The notes: a model not told the origin generated them from the sequence alone. A stretch of 64,000 nt of DNA from Eledone cirrhosa (GCA_964016885.1 OZ024743.1:89342001-89406000); one strand, 5' to 3'; shown: positions 25,001-40,086, counted from the first letter of the stretch. Program-made: numbers and translations.

Positions 25001-28000
25001 GTACTGGTGTAGATATAGGGACCTACTGTACTGATGTAGATATAGGGACCTACTGTACTGGTGTAGATATAGGGACCTACTGTACTGGTGTAGATATAGG
25101 GACCTACTGTACTGATGTAGGTATAGGGACCTACTGTACTAGTGTATAAATAGGGACTTACTGTACTGGTGTAGATATAGGGACATACTGTACTGGTGTA
25201 GATATAGGGACCTACTGTACTGATGTAGATATAGGAACCTACTGTACTGGTGTAGATATAGGGACCTACTGTACTGGTGTAGGTATAGGGACCTACTGTA
25301 CTGGTGTATATATAGGGACTTACTGTACTGGTGTAGATATAGGGACCTTCTGTACTGGTGTAGGTATAGGGACCTACTGTACTGATGTAGGTATAGGGAC
25401 CTATTGTACTGGTGTAGGTATAGGGACCTACTGTACTGGTGTAGGTATAGGGACCTACTGTACTGATGTAGATATAGGGACCTACTGTACTGATGTAGGT
25501 ATAGGGACCTACTGTACTGGTGTAGATATAGGGACCTACTGTACTGTTGTAGGTATAGGGACCTACTGTACTGGTGTATATATAGGGACTTACTGTATGG
25601 TGTAGATATAGGGACCTACTGTACTGGTGTAGATATAGGGACCTACTGTACTGATGTGGGCATAGGGACATACTGTACTGGTGTAGGTATAGGGACACAC
25701 TGTACTGGTGTAGATATAGGGACCTTCAGTACTGGTGTAGGTATAGGGACCTACTGTACTGATGTAGGTATAGGGACCTACTGTACTGATGTAGGTATAG
25801 GGACCTACTGTACTGGTGTAGGTATAGGGACCTACTGTACTGGTGTAGATATAGGGACCTACTCTACTGATGTAGATATAGGGACCTACTGTACTGATGT
25901 AGGTATAGGGACCTACGGTACAGGTGTAGATATAGGGACCTACTGTACTGGTGTAGGTATAGGGACCTACTGTACTGGTGTAGATATAGGGACCTACTGT
26001 ACTGATGTAGATATAGGGACCTACTGTACTGGTGTAGATATAGGGACCTACTGTACAGATGTAGATATAGGGACCTACTGTACTGATGTAGGTATAGGGA
26101 CCTACTGTACTGGTGTATATATAGGGACTTACTTTACTGGTGTAGATATAGGGACCTACTGTACTGGTGTAGATATAGGGACCTACTGTACTGGTGTGGG
26201 TATAGGGACATACGGTACTGGTGTAGGTATAGGGACCTACTGTACTGGTGTAGATATAGGGACCTACTGTACTGTTGTAGATATAGGGACCTACTGTATT
26301 GGTGTAGGTATAGGGACACAATGTACTGGTGTAGATATAGGGACCTTCAGTACTGGTGTAGGTATAGGGACCTACTGTACTGATGTAGGTATAGGGACCT
26401 ACTGTACTGGTGTAGGTATAGGGACCTACTGTACTGGTGTAGATATAGGGACCTACTGTACTGATGTAGATATAGGGACCTACTGTACTGATGTAGGTAT
26501 AGGGACCTACTGTACTGGTGTAGATATAGCGACCTACTGTACTGTTGTAGGTATAGGGACCTACTGTACTGGTGTAGGTATAGGGACCTACTGTACTGGT
26601 GTAGATATAGGGACCTACTGTACTGATGTAGGAATAGGGACCTACTGTATTGGTGTAGATATAGTGACCTACTGTACTGGTGTAGATATAGGGACCTACT
26701 GTACTGGTGTAGGTATAGGGACCTACTGTAGTGGTGTAGATATAGGGACCTACTGTACTGGTGTAGATATAGGGACCTACTGTACTGGTGTAGGTATAGG
26801 GACATTACTGTACTGGTGTAGATATAGGGACCTACTGTACTGATGTAGGTATAGGGACACACTACACTGGTGAAGATATAGGGACCTACTGTACTGGTGT
26901 AGATATAGGGACCTACTGTACTGGTGTAGATATAGGGACCTACTGTACTGGTGTAGATATAGGGACCTACTGTACTGATGTAGGTATAGGGACACACTAC
27001 ACTGGTGAAGATATAGGGACCTACTGTACTGGTGTAGATATAGGGACCTACTGTACTGGTGTAGATATAGGGACCTACTGTACTGATGTAGGTATAGGGA
27101 CACACTACACTGGTGAAGATATAGGGACCTACTGTACTGGTGTAGATATAGGGACCTACTGTACTGATGAAGGTATAGGGACCTACTGTACTGGTGTAGG
27201 TATAGGGACATACTGTACTGGTGTAGATATAGGGACCTACTGTACTGATGTAGATATAGGGACCTACTGTACTGATGAAGGTATAGGGACCTACTGTACT
27301 GGTGTAGGTATAGGGACCTACTGTACTGGTGTAGATATAGGGACCTACTGTACTGATGTAGGTATAGGGACCTACTGTACTGGTGTAGGTATAGGGACCT
27401 ACTGTACAGGTGTAGTTATAGGGACCTACTGTACTGGTGTAGATATAGGGACCTACTGTACTGGTGTAGATATAGGGACCTACTGTACTGGTTTAGGTAT
27501 AGGGACCTACTGTACTGATGTAGATATAGGGACCTACTGTACTGGTGTAGCTATAGGGACCTACTGTACTGATGTAGATATAGGGACCTACTGTACTAGT
27601 GTAGATATAGGGACCTACTGTACTGATGTAGGTATAGGGACCTACTGTACTGGTGTAGATATAGGGACCTACTGTACTGTTGTAGGTATAGGGACCTACT
27701 GTACTGGTGTATATATAGGGACTTACTGTACTGGTGTAGATATAGGGACCTACTGTACTGGTGTAGATATAGGGACCTACTATACTGATGTAGGTATAGG
27801 GACCTACTGTACTGGTGTAGGTATAGGGACCTACTGTACTGGTGTAGATATAGGGACCTACTGTACTGATGTAGGTATAGGGACCTACTGTACTGGTGTA
27901 GGTATAGGGACCTACTGTACTGGTGTAGGTATAGGGACCTACTGTACTGGTGTAGATATAGGGACCTACTGTACTGATGTAGGTATAGGGACCTACTGTA

Positions 28001-31000
28001 CTGGTGTAGATATAGGGACCTACTCTACTGATGTAGATATAGGGACCTACTGTACTGATGTAGGTATAGGGACCTACGGTACAGGTGTAGATATAGGGAC
28101 CTACTGTACTGGTGTAGGTATAGGGACCTACTGTACTGGTGTAGATATAGGGACCTACTGTACTGATGTAGATATAGGGACCTACTGTACTGGTGTAGAT
28201 ATAGGGACCTACTGTACAGATGTAGATATAGGGACCTACTGTACTGATGTAGGTATAGGGACCTACTGTACTGGTGTATATATAGGGACTTACTGTACTG
28301 GTGTAGATATAGGGACCTACTGTACTGGTGTAGATATAGGGACCTACTGTACTGGTGTGGGTATAGGGACATACGGTACTGGTGTAGGTATAGGGACCTA
28401 CTGTACTGGTGTAGGTATAGGGACCTACTGTACTGGTGTAGATATAGGGACCTACTGTACTGTTGTAGATATAGGGACCTACTGTATTGGTGTAGGTATA
28501 GGGACCTACTGTACTGATGTAGATATAGGGACCTACTGTACTGGTGTAGGTATAGGGATACACTGTACTGGTGTAGATATAGGGACCTACTGTACTGATG
28601 TAGGTATAGGGACCTACTGTACTGGTGTAGGTATAGGGACACACTGTACTGGTGTAGATATAGGGACCTTCAGTACTGGTGTAGGTATAGGGACCTACTG
28701 TACTGATGTAGGTATAGGGACCTACTGTACTGGTGTAGGTATAGGGACACACTGTACTGGTGTAGATATAGGGACCTTCAGTACTGGTGTAGGTATAGGG
28801 ACCTACTGTACTGATGTAGGTATAGGGACCTACTGTACTGGTGTAGGTATAGGGACCTACTGTACTGGTGTAGATATAGGGACCTACTGTACTGATGTAG
28901 ATATAGGGACCTACTGTACTGATGTAGGTATAGGGACCTACTGTACTGGTGTAGATATAGCGACCTACTGTACTGTTGTAGGTATAGGGACCTACTGTAC
29001 TGGTGTAGGTATAGGGACCTACTGTACTGGTGTAGATATAGGGACCTACTGTACTGATGTAGGTATAGGGACCTACTGTACTGGTGTAGGTATAGGGACC
29101 TACTGTACTGGTGTAGGTATAGGGACCTACTGTACTGATGTAGGTATAGGGACCTACTGTACAGATGTAGATATAGGGACCTACTGTATTGGTGTAGATA
29201 TAGTGACCTACTGTACTGGTGTAGATATAGGGACCTACTGTACTGGTCTAGGTATAGGGACCTACTGTAGTGGTGTAGATATAGGGACCTACTGTACTGG
29301 TGTAGATATAGGGACCTACTGTACTGGTGTAGGTATAGGGACCTACTGTACTGATGTAGGTAAAGGGACCTACTGTACTGATGTAGATATAGGGACCTAC
29401 TGTACTGGTGTAGATATAGGGACATTACTGTACTGGTGTAGATATAGGGACCTACTGTACTGATGTAGGTATAGGGACACACTACACTGGTGAAGATATA
29501 GGGACCTACTGTACTGGTGTAGATATAGGGACCTACTGTACTGGTGTAGATATAGGGACCTACTGTACTGGTGTAGATATAGGGACCTACTGTACTGATG
29601 TAGGTATAGGGACACACTACACTGGTGAAGATATAGGGACCTACTGTACTGGTGTAGATATAGGGACCTACTGTACTGATGAAGGTATAGGGACCTACTG
29701 TACTGGTGTAGGTATAGGGACATACTGTACTGGTGTAGATATAGGGACCTACTGTACTGATGTAGATATAGGGACCTACTGTACTGGTGTAGGTATAGGG
29801 ACCTACTGTACTGGTGTAGATATAGGGACCTACTGTACTGATGTAGGTATAGGGACCTACTGTACTGGTGTAGGTATAGGGACCTACTGTACAGGTGTAG
29901 CTATAGGGACCTACTGTACTGGTGTAGATATAGGGACCTACTGTACTGATGTAGATATAGGGACCTACTGTACTGGTGTAGATATAGGGACCTACTGTAC
30001 AGATGTAGATATAGGGACCTACTGTACTGATGTAGGTATAGGGACCTACTGTACTGGTGTATATATAGGGACTTACTGTACTGGTGTAGATATAGGGACC
30101 TACTGTACTGGTGTAGATATAGGGACCTACTGTACTGGTGTGGGTATAGGGACATACGGTAGTGGTGTAGGTATAGGGACCTACTGTACTGGTGTAGGTA
30201 TAGGGACCTACTGTACTGGTGTAGATATAGGGACCTACTGTACTGTTGTAGATATAGGGACCTACTGTATTGGTGTAGGTATAGGGACCTACTGTACTGA
30301 TGTAGATATAGGGACCTACTGTACTGGTGTAGGTATAGGGACACACTGTACTGGTGTAGATATAGGGACCTACTGTACTGATGTAGGTATAGGGACCTAC
30401 TGTACTGGTGTAGGTATAGGGACACACTGTACTGGTGTAGATATAGGGACCTTCAGTACTGGTGTAGGTATAGGGACCTACTGTACTGATGTAGGTATAG
30501 GGACCTACTGTACTGGTGTAGGTATAGGGACACACTGTACTGGTGTAGATATAGGGACCTTCAGTACTGGTGTAGGTATAGGGACCTACTGTACTGATGT
30601 AGGTATAGGGACCTACTGTACTGGTGTAGGTATAGGGACCTACTGTACTGGTGTAGATATAGGGACCTACTGTACTGATGTAGATATAGGGACCTACTGT
30701 ACTGGTGTAGGTATAGGGACCTACTGTACTGGTGTAGGTATAGGGACCTACTGTACTGATGTAGGTATAGTGACCTACTGTACTGATGTAGGTATAGGGA
30801 CCTACTGTACTGGTGTAGATATAGCGACCTACTGTACTGTTGTAGGTATAGGGACCTACTGTACTGGTGTAGGTATAGGGACCTACTGTACTGGTGTAGA
30901 TATAGGGACCTACTGTACTGATGTAGGTATAGGGACCTACTGTACTGGTGTAGGTATAGGGACCTACTGTACTGGTGTAGTTATAGGGACCTACTGTACT

Positions 31001-32262
31001 GATGTAGGTATAGGGACCTACTGTACAGATGTAGATATAGGGACCTACTGTATTGGTGTAGATATAGTGACCTACTGTACTGGTCTAGGTATAGGGACCT
31101 ACTGTACTGGTGTAGATATAGGGACCTACTGTACTGATGTAGGTATAGGGACCTACTGTACTGGTGTAGGTATAGGGACCTACTGTACAGGTGTAGCTAT
31201 AGGGACCTACTGTACTGGTGTAGATATAGGGACCTACTGTACTGGTGTAGATATAGGGACCTACTGTACTGGTGTAGGTATAGGGACCTACTGTACTGAT
31301 GTAGATATAGGGACCTACTGTACTGGTGTAGCTATAGGGACCTACTTTACTGATGTAGATATAGGGACCTACTGTACTAGTGTAGATATATGGACCTACT
31401 GTACTAATGTAGGTATAGGGACCTACTGTACTGGTGTAGATATAGGGACCTACTGTACTGTTGTAGGTATAGGGACCTACTGTACTGGTGTATATATAGG
31501 GACTTACTGTACTGGTGTAGATATAGGGACCTACTGTACTGGTGTAGATATAGGGACCTACTGTACTGATGTAGGTATAGGGACCTACTGTACTGGTGTA
31601 GGTATAGGGACCTACTGTACTGGTGTAGATATAGGGACCTACTGTACAGATGTAGATATAGGGACCTACTGTACTGATGTAGGTATAGGGACCTACTGTA
31701 CTGGTGTAGGTATAGGGACTTACTCTACTGGTGTAGATATAGGGTCCTACTGTACTGGTGTAGATATAGGGACCTACTGTACTGGTTAAGAAATAAGGAC
31801 CTACGGTACTAATATAGGTATAGGGACCTACTGTATTGGTGTAGATATAGGGACCTACTGTACTGGTGTAGGTATAGGGACCTACTGTACTGATGTAGAT
31901 ATAGGGACCTACTGTACTGGTGTAGATAAAGGGACCTACTGTACTGGTGTAGGTATAGGGACCTACTCTACTGATGTAGATATATGGACCTACTGTACTG
32001 GTGTAGATATATGGACCTACTGTACTAGTGTAGATATAGGGACCTACTGTACTGGGGTAGATACAGGGACCTACTGTACTAGTGTAGGTATAGGGACCTA
32101 CTGTACTGGTGTAGATGTAGGGACCTACTGTACTGGTGTAGGTATAGGGACCTACTCTACTGATGTAAATATAGGGGCCTACTGTACTGGTGTAGATATA
32201 GGGACCTACTGTTCTAGTGTAGGTATAGGGACCGACTGTACTGGTGTAGGTATAGGGGCACT
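22085..32262. repeat. 27-bp satellite, about 375 units (actggtgtaggtatagggacctactgt), intronic
   Basis: Tandem units with kb-scale higher-order duplications; internal dyad gtaggt-ataggg-acctac. Confidence 0.98.
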
Positions 32263-32420
32263 GTGACAGGCTGAATCTCAATGAGAATTACGTTAAAAGT
32301 AGACGCGTTTGTGGAAAGCTGGGCCACCTGCACGTTCATTTTACAAGCAAGCTGTTCTGTTATTCAAACACCAACACCTGGAAGCCTCATTGTCAGAACC
32401 GACTTAAAAACAACAACAAT
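32260..32420 (+). mobile_element. SINE family B, 3' half abutting the satellite
   Basis: gctgaatctc..gagaattacgttaa..gccacctgcacgtt..gctgttc, ending in (caa)n. Confidence 0.7.
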
Positions 32421-32989
32421 ACCTATTAATCATACAATGCAAACACTGTAAAAATATATGCATCCAGTCCCTCTAGAACTATGGGAAATATTCCATATTG
32501 TATTTTGTCCCCTGGGTATCAATTAGTGAGAAATCTTAACAGATAAGGTATCATAAACAACTTTGTGTTTTTCTTCATTTAAATCCCGTATTTTACTACT
32601 CCGGGTATACTTACTCAGCCTGGAAGATACTCTGCAAATAGTTTTAACAAATTGTTTTCTGTATATTTAATCTCGCCCAATCGTAAGTAAATGGCAGGAA
32701 AATACTTAACAATTTTGGCAGCAAACCGCCTGAAAATACCTCTAGCTGGATGATACAAAACTGTTTATTTTAAAATGTTTGTATAATATTTATCTAAAAT
32801 ATCATAATTTTAAATTATTTGAAAATTATTTGAAAACCACAGGCCGTGATTTTCATTAAAAAAAACATGGTAGCAAAAGTGTTAAGTCTGAAAAACTGAA
32901 TGTGGGTGATATTTTCCTGACCATTATTCTCTATGTGTTAGTTTGTTCTTAGTTTAATGTTTATGGTCTTAAAACTGTTCTAATACAAT

Positions 32990-33170
32990 GTCCAGTAATG
33001 GGGAAGAAAACTGATGCAGGTAGTTTATTCCATGCTTCAGCAACTCTGAGGGTGAAAAAATGTTTCCGAAAGTCATAGGAGCTGTACTGTTGTCTGATTT
33101 TGTAAGGATGTCCGCGGGTCTTAGACACATGGATTTCAAAAAGGAGAATACTCTAGCAATAAAATAGGTA
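32990..33170 (-). mobile_element. CR1/L2-group LINE ORF2 C-terminal fragment
   Basis: Minus frame SKTRGHPYKIRQQYSSYDFRKHFFTLRVAEAWNKLPASV matches the TRGH..FF..RV..WN.LP signature. Confidence 0.8.
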
Positions 33171-33339
33171 CTACCGACATTAAATTGCCCTTGTCGCAAA
33201 TAAAATAATTGTTGTTGTCATCGTTGTTGGTTTCTCACGAGATGTATTTCAACGAAGTGAAGTAGAGTAAATATACTTAATGTCAACCTGGTCAAGCTGT
33301 ATCGACATTAAATCAGTGAAAACACTTCTCTAGCTAGTC

Positions 33340-33421
<82 letters not shown>

Positions 33422-33664
33422 TTATAGAACCATTAAAGGCACAGAATCTAGTGAATGTTTTCTCTCAAGATAAGAAAGACGAAAAGTAGTGTCTCATTAA
33501 CGTTGCTTCGAAAACGATCAAACTACAAAGGGTCAGATGGTATTACAACCTGGGTCGTATTAACCGATAGCGGGGCCCTTGGATTTCAAGTATTTCGGGT
33601 ACCGTGTGGCATTTCAATCTTTCACCCCACTAGTAAATAAATAAATAAATAGATAAATAAATAA

Positions 33665-33897
33665 TAATGTTTTTTGATTTAGGCACAAGGCCAACAATTT
33701 TTTTTTGGGGGGGGGGGGGGGGGGGGGCAATTAAATCGACCTCAGTACGTTACTGGTATTTTATTTTATAGACCTCGTAAGGATGAAAGGCAAAATTAAC
33801 CTGGGCGAGATTTGAACTCAGAATATAAAGGGCCGTAATTCTATGCCGCGAAGCAGAGTGTCCGAGGCTCTACCGATGCTGTCAATCTACCTCCCTT
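33665..33897 (-). mobile_element. SINE family A
   Basis: ttaggcacaaggcc..aaggatgaaaggcaaa..gatttgaactcag. Confidence 0.8.
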
Positions 33898-34935
33898 TAA
33901 CAACAGCAACATCAATAATAATAATACAGGCCCTTGGTACCTGCGGAGACCCCTCCACCAGATTCTAGCCTAGCTAGCCTCATGAATAAATAATATGGCC
34001 CTGATAACAACAACTGTACAAACATATCTGTTCCAAGGGCTCGTGGAAGGGGTAGCAAAAACGATATTGAAGTGTGAGTGGAGGATGAGGAAGAGGTGGA
34101 TGACGAGGAGGTGGAGGAAGTTGAGGAGGAGGTGGAGGAGCAGGATGAGGATGGGGATAAAGAGGATGATGATGATGAGAGGTAACAAAAGCTGTCTGAC
34201 CCGTCTGTGGAATAGTTTATATTAAATGATTAAGAAACAATCAATTATAGAATGGTGACGTCAAAATATTCTATTAAATTCTAATTGCATTTTATCACAT
34301 TATTACGATATAAGCCAAATTCTACGGGGGCAGTTGTCTATTATCTAAACTATAATAAATTAAGGAGTGCTGGACTGCGTCCAGAATATATTTTCTTTAT
34401 CCCGTTTGTAAAATATGTTGGATTACTTTGAATAAATAATGAATGAATATTACATAATTTATCTATTAAATTTCGTTATTTTTGATTAAATATAAATAAT
34501 TTTATTATTTTAAGATTCACATCTTTAACATTTTCAAATGTCAATACTTCCGGTTAGCGATCGCTTAAATAAACATTCATATATTCCCGCCACTAATTTT
34601 CTCCTAATGCAGTTTATATATAATATCGTCTTTTTTTAATGTATCATGGATTACGTTACTGATTACATAAGACAGTATAACGCAGACTTCGTTCAATTTC
34701 TGTGTATATTGTCAATTACGATTTTATTTGATGTATCATATCTACATGTATATATACTTGCGTATATTACCAATATACACACTACACATGCTAGCAGAAA
34801 ACCACCCAAAGGGTGGTTTTTCTGCTAGTATATATAATAGTACTATTCGATTTGTTTGAGGCAACCTCAAAATACTCAATGGAGCGAAAAGTTAATATAT
34901 TATCGCCCAGAATAAACAACATTTTAAAAAAAATA

Positions 34936-35007
<72 letters not shown>

Positions 35008-35009
<2 letters not shown>

Positions 35010-35468
35010 AAAGTTCTATTTAAATTGTTGGGATACAACGAGAAAATATTTTTATAACTGATATAAAGCACTCAACAAATAATTGGAGTAAAAATACGAT
35101 ATTAACAAATGGAAACTATATTTATAAAACCATATTTATTTCATTATACATATTTCAAAGACACCAAGTTAAATTATGGTGTGCTTTCATCAGATAAAAT
35201 ATAATATAGAGCAGTTTTATAAATAAATATTGACATACCCTTAAAGAATGCAACCATTACTGTTGGAAGCTCCCGGGAGCTATCCGGGAGCTTCCAACAG
35301 TAATGGTTGCATTCTTTAAGGGTATGTCAATATTTATTTATAAAACTGCTCTATATTATATTTTATCTGATGAAAGCACACCATAATTTAACTTGGTGTC
35401 TTTGAAATATGTATAATGAAATAAATATGGGTTTATAAATATAGTTTCCATTTGTTAATATCGTATTA
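35008..35468. mobile_element. Penelope-like remnant: fold-back palindrome (arms about 185 bp, about 35094-35467) with a hammerhead in each arm
   Basis: Centre near 35280 (gctcccgg..ccgggagc); unpaired tail 35008-35093 shared with 54110-54180 and 47897-47962; (TA)n flanks. Confidence 0.7.
35359..35423 (+). ncRNA. Minimal type I hammerhead ribozyme (mirror copy on minus strand near 35138-35200)
   Basis: tattttat-CTGATGA-aagcacacca..tggtgtcttt-GAAA-tatgta-TA-atgaaata. Confidence 0.7.
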
Positions 35469-35502
35469 TATATATATATTTGTTTTCCCTCTCAGCTGAT
35501 AC

Positions 35503-35997
<495 letters not shown>

Positions 35998-36076
35998 TAT
36001 ATATATATATATCAGTATCGGCTGAGAGAAAGGTACCAAAATAGAATTTTAATATTCATTATTATTAAGGCTAAAT

Positions 36077-36265
36077 GGGCGGTGGATTGGCAGTATCGGT
36101 AGAGCATCGGACGCCATGCTTTGATGCATAGTTACGGCCCTTGTCATCCTGAGTTCAAATCCTGCCGAGGTTAACTTTGCCTTTCATCATTACGGGGTCG
36201 ATAAAATAAAGTACCAGTAATGCACTGGGTAATTGCTGGCCTTGTGCCAAAAGTAGAAACAATTA
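36077..36265 (+). mobile_element. SINE family A, young short subfamily, TSD attattaaggctaaat
   Basis: TSD at 36061-36076 and about 36265-36280. Confidence 0.88.
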
Positions 36266-36412
36266 TTATTAAGGCTAAATAGTGATTCTTACATACATAC
36301 AGCCATGCATACATACATGCAAACAAACATACATATAGACATACTTATATACAAACATACATACATACACACATAGATACATACAAACATACATACATAC
36401 AAACATACATAC

Positions 36413-36678
36413 ATGTTGGCTGCCAACTCGTTTTCGAGTACGGCCACTACTTTATATCCATGTAGGAGAACCCCTACCGATGCGCTGAACGAGTGTGACT
36501 TTTTAGTCCAGCCAGCGACTTGAAAACTCTGGTACAAACACTACACTTGTGACAATTATTGACACATAGTGCTGGGCCCATGGTACCATGTGACGACAAG
36601 TGCTGAGAGATCTCCAGATATAAAGCAATGCCTGTGCCGTGAAGCTTTTATAGTGAGCAAAGGCACTGCACAAAGCCA
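36413..36678 (-). mobile_element. 5'-truncated copy of the RTE derivative in (CATA)n
   Basis: Reverse complement of about 725-990. Confidence 0.85.
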
Positions 36679-36738
36679 TACATAGATACATACAAACATA
36701 CATACATACATACAAACATACATACAAACCTACATACA

Positions 36739-37157
36739 TTCAGATTCATGCCTGTGGTTATTGGGGCACTGGGGTATGTTAGTAGCTGCCTAAATACAAA
36801 TTTTGAGAAGCTGGGCTTCACAGGAACAGAAAGAACACAACTAGTTAGGAAATTACAAGTACAATCCATTAATGGAACAGTAAAAATATGTAAAACATTC
36901 CAAAAATTTTGCATCTAATAATTGCATATACACATGTACAGATACTAAGCATATACACATGCACACATACAACTCAAAACATATACATCCACACATATAA
37001 TAACATCCATACCTGAACACACATGCATGCATGCAGACATGCATACATATCTACCTAGTTGATGTTGTGTAAATTCCAATGAGAGAGTCTTGTGTCTATG
37101 TTAGAAACCAGCTCTCTCTCTATTGGTAAATATTTGTGAAATTACAAAACCATACAT
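36739..37157 (+). mobile_element. R4/Dong-like RLE non-LTR retrotransposon 3' end in (CATA)n
   Basis: 36739-36918 reads FRFMPVVIGALGYV..LVRKLQVQSINGTVKICKTF..*, the PVVIGALG motif of R4-type RLE C-termini; 3'UTR follows. Confidence 0.75.
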
Positions 37158-37175
37158 ACATGTATACATACATAC

Positions 37176-37590
37176 ATGGTGGCTGCCAACTCGCTTTCGA
37201 GTACGGCCACTACTTTATATCCATGTAGGAGAACCCCTACCGATGGGCTGAACGAGTGTGACTTTTTAGTCCAGCCAATGACTTGAAAACTCTGGTACAA
37301 ACACTACACTTATGACAATTATTGACACATAGTGCTGGGCCCATGGTACCATGTGATGACAAGTGCAGAGAGATCTCCAGATATAAAGCAATGCCTGTGC
37401 CGTGAAGCTTTTATAGTGAGCAAAGGCACTGCACAAAGCCAGTCCCACTCTCTTAACCAAGATGATATTTACCAAAAAGAAGAACAAGTCAACATCATTG
37501 GATACCATCAGGGTTGCAGGTGTTATATCAGAGTTTTCCTTCTCCTAGAATTCTGCCTTGACAAAGGCTAAGGGGTCATCCCTCCCGGAC
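37176..37590 (-). mobile_element. 5'-truncated copy of the RTE derivative in (CATA)n
   Basis: Reverse complement of about 578-990. Confidence 0.88.
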
Positions 37591-37733
37591 ATACATACAT
37601 ACATACATACATACATACATACATACATACATACATACATACATACATACATACATACATGCATACATACATACATATATACATACATATATACATACAT
37701 GCATACATATATACATACATGCATACATAATAC

Positions 37734-37776
<43 letters not shown>

Positions 37777-38291
37777 CATAAGCTACTAGAGCCCAAAGGA
37801 AGTTCTGTGAAATACATACCAGCTTCCGTAAGATGTAATCGGACTGGGTTTAAAGTGACCAAACACAGACAGTGTGTGAGTAAGATAGTAATCACCTAGA
37901 TAACATAGAACAGACATACTTGTTGCTATCCATAGCATGCTTTATCATCATGGAATCAAGCCAGATAAATATCATATTCGTCATATCAACACCCCCCATA
38001 CTTATTGCCTTTCCTGAGCTGTACTGTACTTTTATGTCCGTCTAGCGAAGTCTTGAAATAGCGGATGCGGCGTGTCGATGATATCTGAGATAGTTTAGTT
38101 ATGAGCAGTCGTTATTGTTGTTGTTGGTGTCGGTGGCGGCGACGGTGGACAAGTTGTTAGTTGAACCAATATATTTGGCTTCTTGAAATGGATTGGATTA
38201 GATTGGATTGTCAACTTAAGAACGGCGGCAAAGTTAAAGTTATCATACATGGTCTTATAGAGGCGTGAGGGATTCAGGTTTCAGCGAGAGA

Positions 38292-38338
<47 letters not shown>

Positions 38339-38344
38339 AGATAG

Positions 38345-38402
<58 letters not shown>

Positions 38403-38609
38403 AAATCTAAGGAAAGATACACACACATACACACAATATATATATACAAGTTGAAACCGCTTGGCAGTCGGGATTTTACATATCTATCTCTATACCCACT
38501 CTGCATCACACAATGCATTGAGTACTCCAATGATTATAGGTCTTCTCGGTCTCAGCAGCGCAGACTCTCTCTCTCAATATATATATATATATGTATATAT
38601 ATATATTCA

Positions 38610-38862
38610 TTCCGTCATCACTACAACAGAGGTCCAACGAGCTTTTGATTCCAGAGTCGGGCTAGATCGATATAGGTCGAACCTTGAACTGATCAGTAGC
38701 GAAACGCGCGTCCACAACCAATAAACGTAATGAAGGAGTAACCATTCGTCCTTGTATTATTATTTTACACTCTGTCTAGCTCTACACTTCGATACTGACG
38801 AATCTAAACATCGAGTGCTCACCCCGTTGAAGCTACAGTAACTCCGTGTTACACTCCCTCGA
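38610..38862 (+). mobile_element. Penelope-like 3' remnant with hammerhead 3' half
   Basis: GAAA-cgcgcg-TC at 38701-38712, AATAAA, tcgagtgct; second copy on minus strand at 45185-45300; TA flanks. Confidence 0.55.
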
Positions 38863-39069
38863 TATGTATATATATATATATATACATACATACATACATA
38901 CATACATACATACATACATACACACATACATACGTACATCTACACACGCACATGAAAATCTAGAGTACTCAACGAAAATAAATTAGTTCATACAAAATAA
39001 ATTTTAGTGATGATTAAGGTAATTGTTTTGCTAAGAAGAAATAGTCAGCTGTAATGCAGGTTCGAATCC

Positions 39070-39751
39070 TAGATAATAGTAGGACAGCTGACGTTGCACA
39101 CCAGGTCCGAACACAGAAGAGCTGAACTCCCACTGTCATCACCTCCATCTCTCTCGCCCTCCCCATCTCTCTCTATTATCAGTAAATGGGGTCCCAAGTG
39201 CTGGCCGCCCCACGGCCCCAGCAGACAGAATGGAGAAGGCGTTTCTCCGGAGGATGGTAAGGGAGATGCGCTGAAGAGCCATTCCATCTCGCGAGGCTCA
39301 CACCCGCGGCTGGCCAGCTCAGTGCCTATGGTAGTAAGTAGGGAGGTAGCCCTAGGGCCAAGGTCACCAGAAGTCTCCACTGTTAGGGGCTCGACTGCAA
39401 ACCTGTCGGAAAGCGACCAATACTTGGGGAGTTTACCCTTCTCAGTCCGAAGTGCAGCAGTACCTGGGTTAGTTGGAGACTGCACTAGGTGGCGGCTGGA
39501 GAATGTGTCGCTGCAAGTGGAATCCCAGATGAGGGGTTTGCCACCGTGGAACGCGAAGATGGTCATACCGTCTGGCCTTTTGCCGTCCCCTCAGTGCAGC
39601 CCCTCCGGTTCCAGCTGGGAGGAGAAGCCTGCAGCATCCAAGCCATGCTTTATGACTTCGGTTGATGGCAGCATGGCGTGAAAGGCGGCCCGCACTGTAG
39701 CGACAGAAAAGTGGGTGGAGGCCGAAAGAGTCCACGGTGGATCCGCAGGCT

Positions 39752-39752
<1 letters not shown>
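39070..39752 (-). mobile_element. CRE-clade non-LTR retrotransposon, 5'-truncated RLE domain (frameshifted)
   Basis: [51 protein letters not shown]; abuts (TA)n at 39753. Confidence 0.85.
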
Positions 39753-39829
<77 letters not shown>

Positions 39830-39844
39830 TATATATATACATAC

Positions 39845-39952
<108 letters not shown>

Positions 39953-39965
39953 GCATGTATGTATG

Positions 39966-40012
<47 letters not shown>

Positions 40013-40021
40013 GCATACATA

Positions 40022-40084
<63 letters not shown>

Positions 40085-40086
<2 letters not shown>

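Noticed and set aside
22546-32281. Long repetitive ORFs of up to 1050 aa as structural protein genes
   Set aside because: Satellite unit divisible by 3; several frameshifts; no unique start, signal or splice context.
32969-33199. 76-aa ORF as an additional host exon
   Set aside because: Another frame shows the CR1/L2 TRGH..WN.LP signature.
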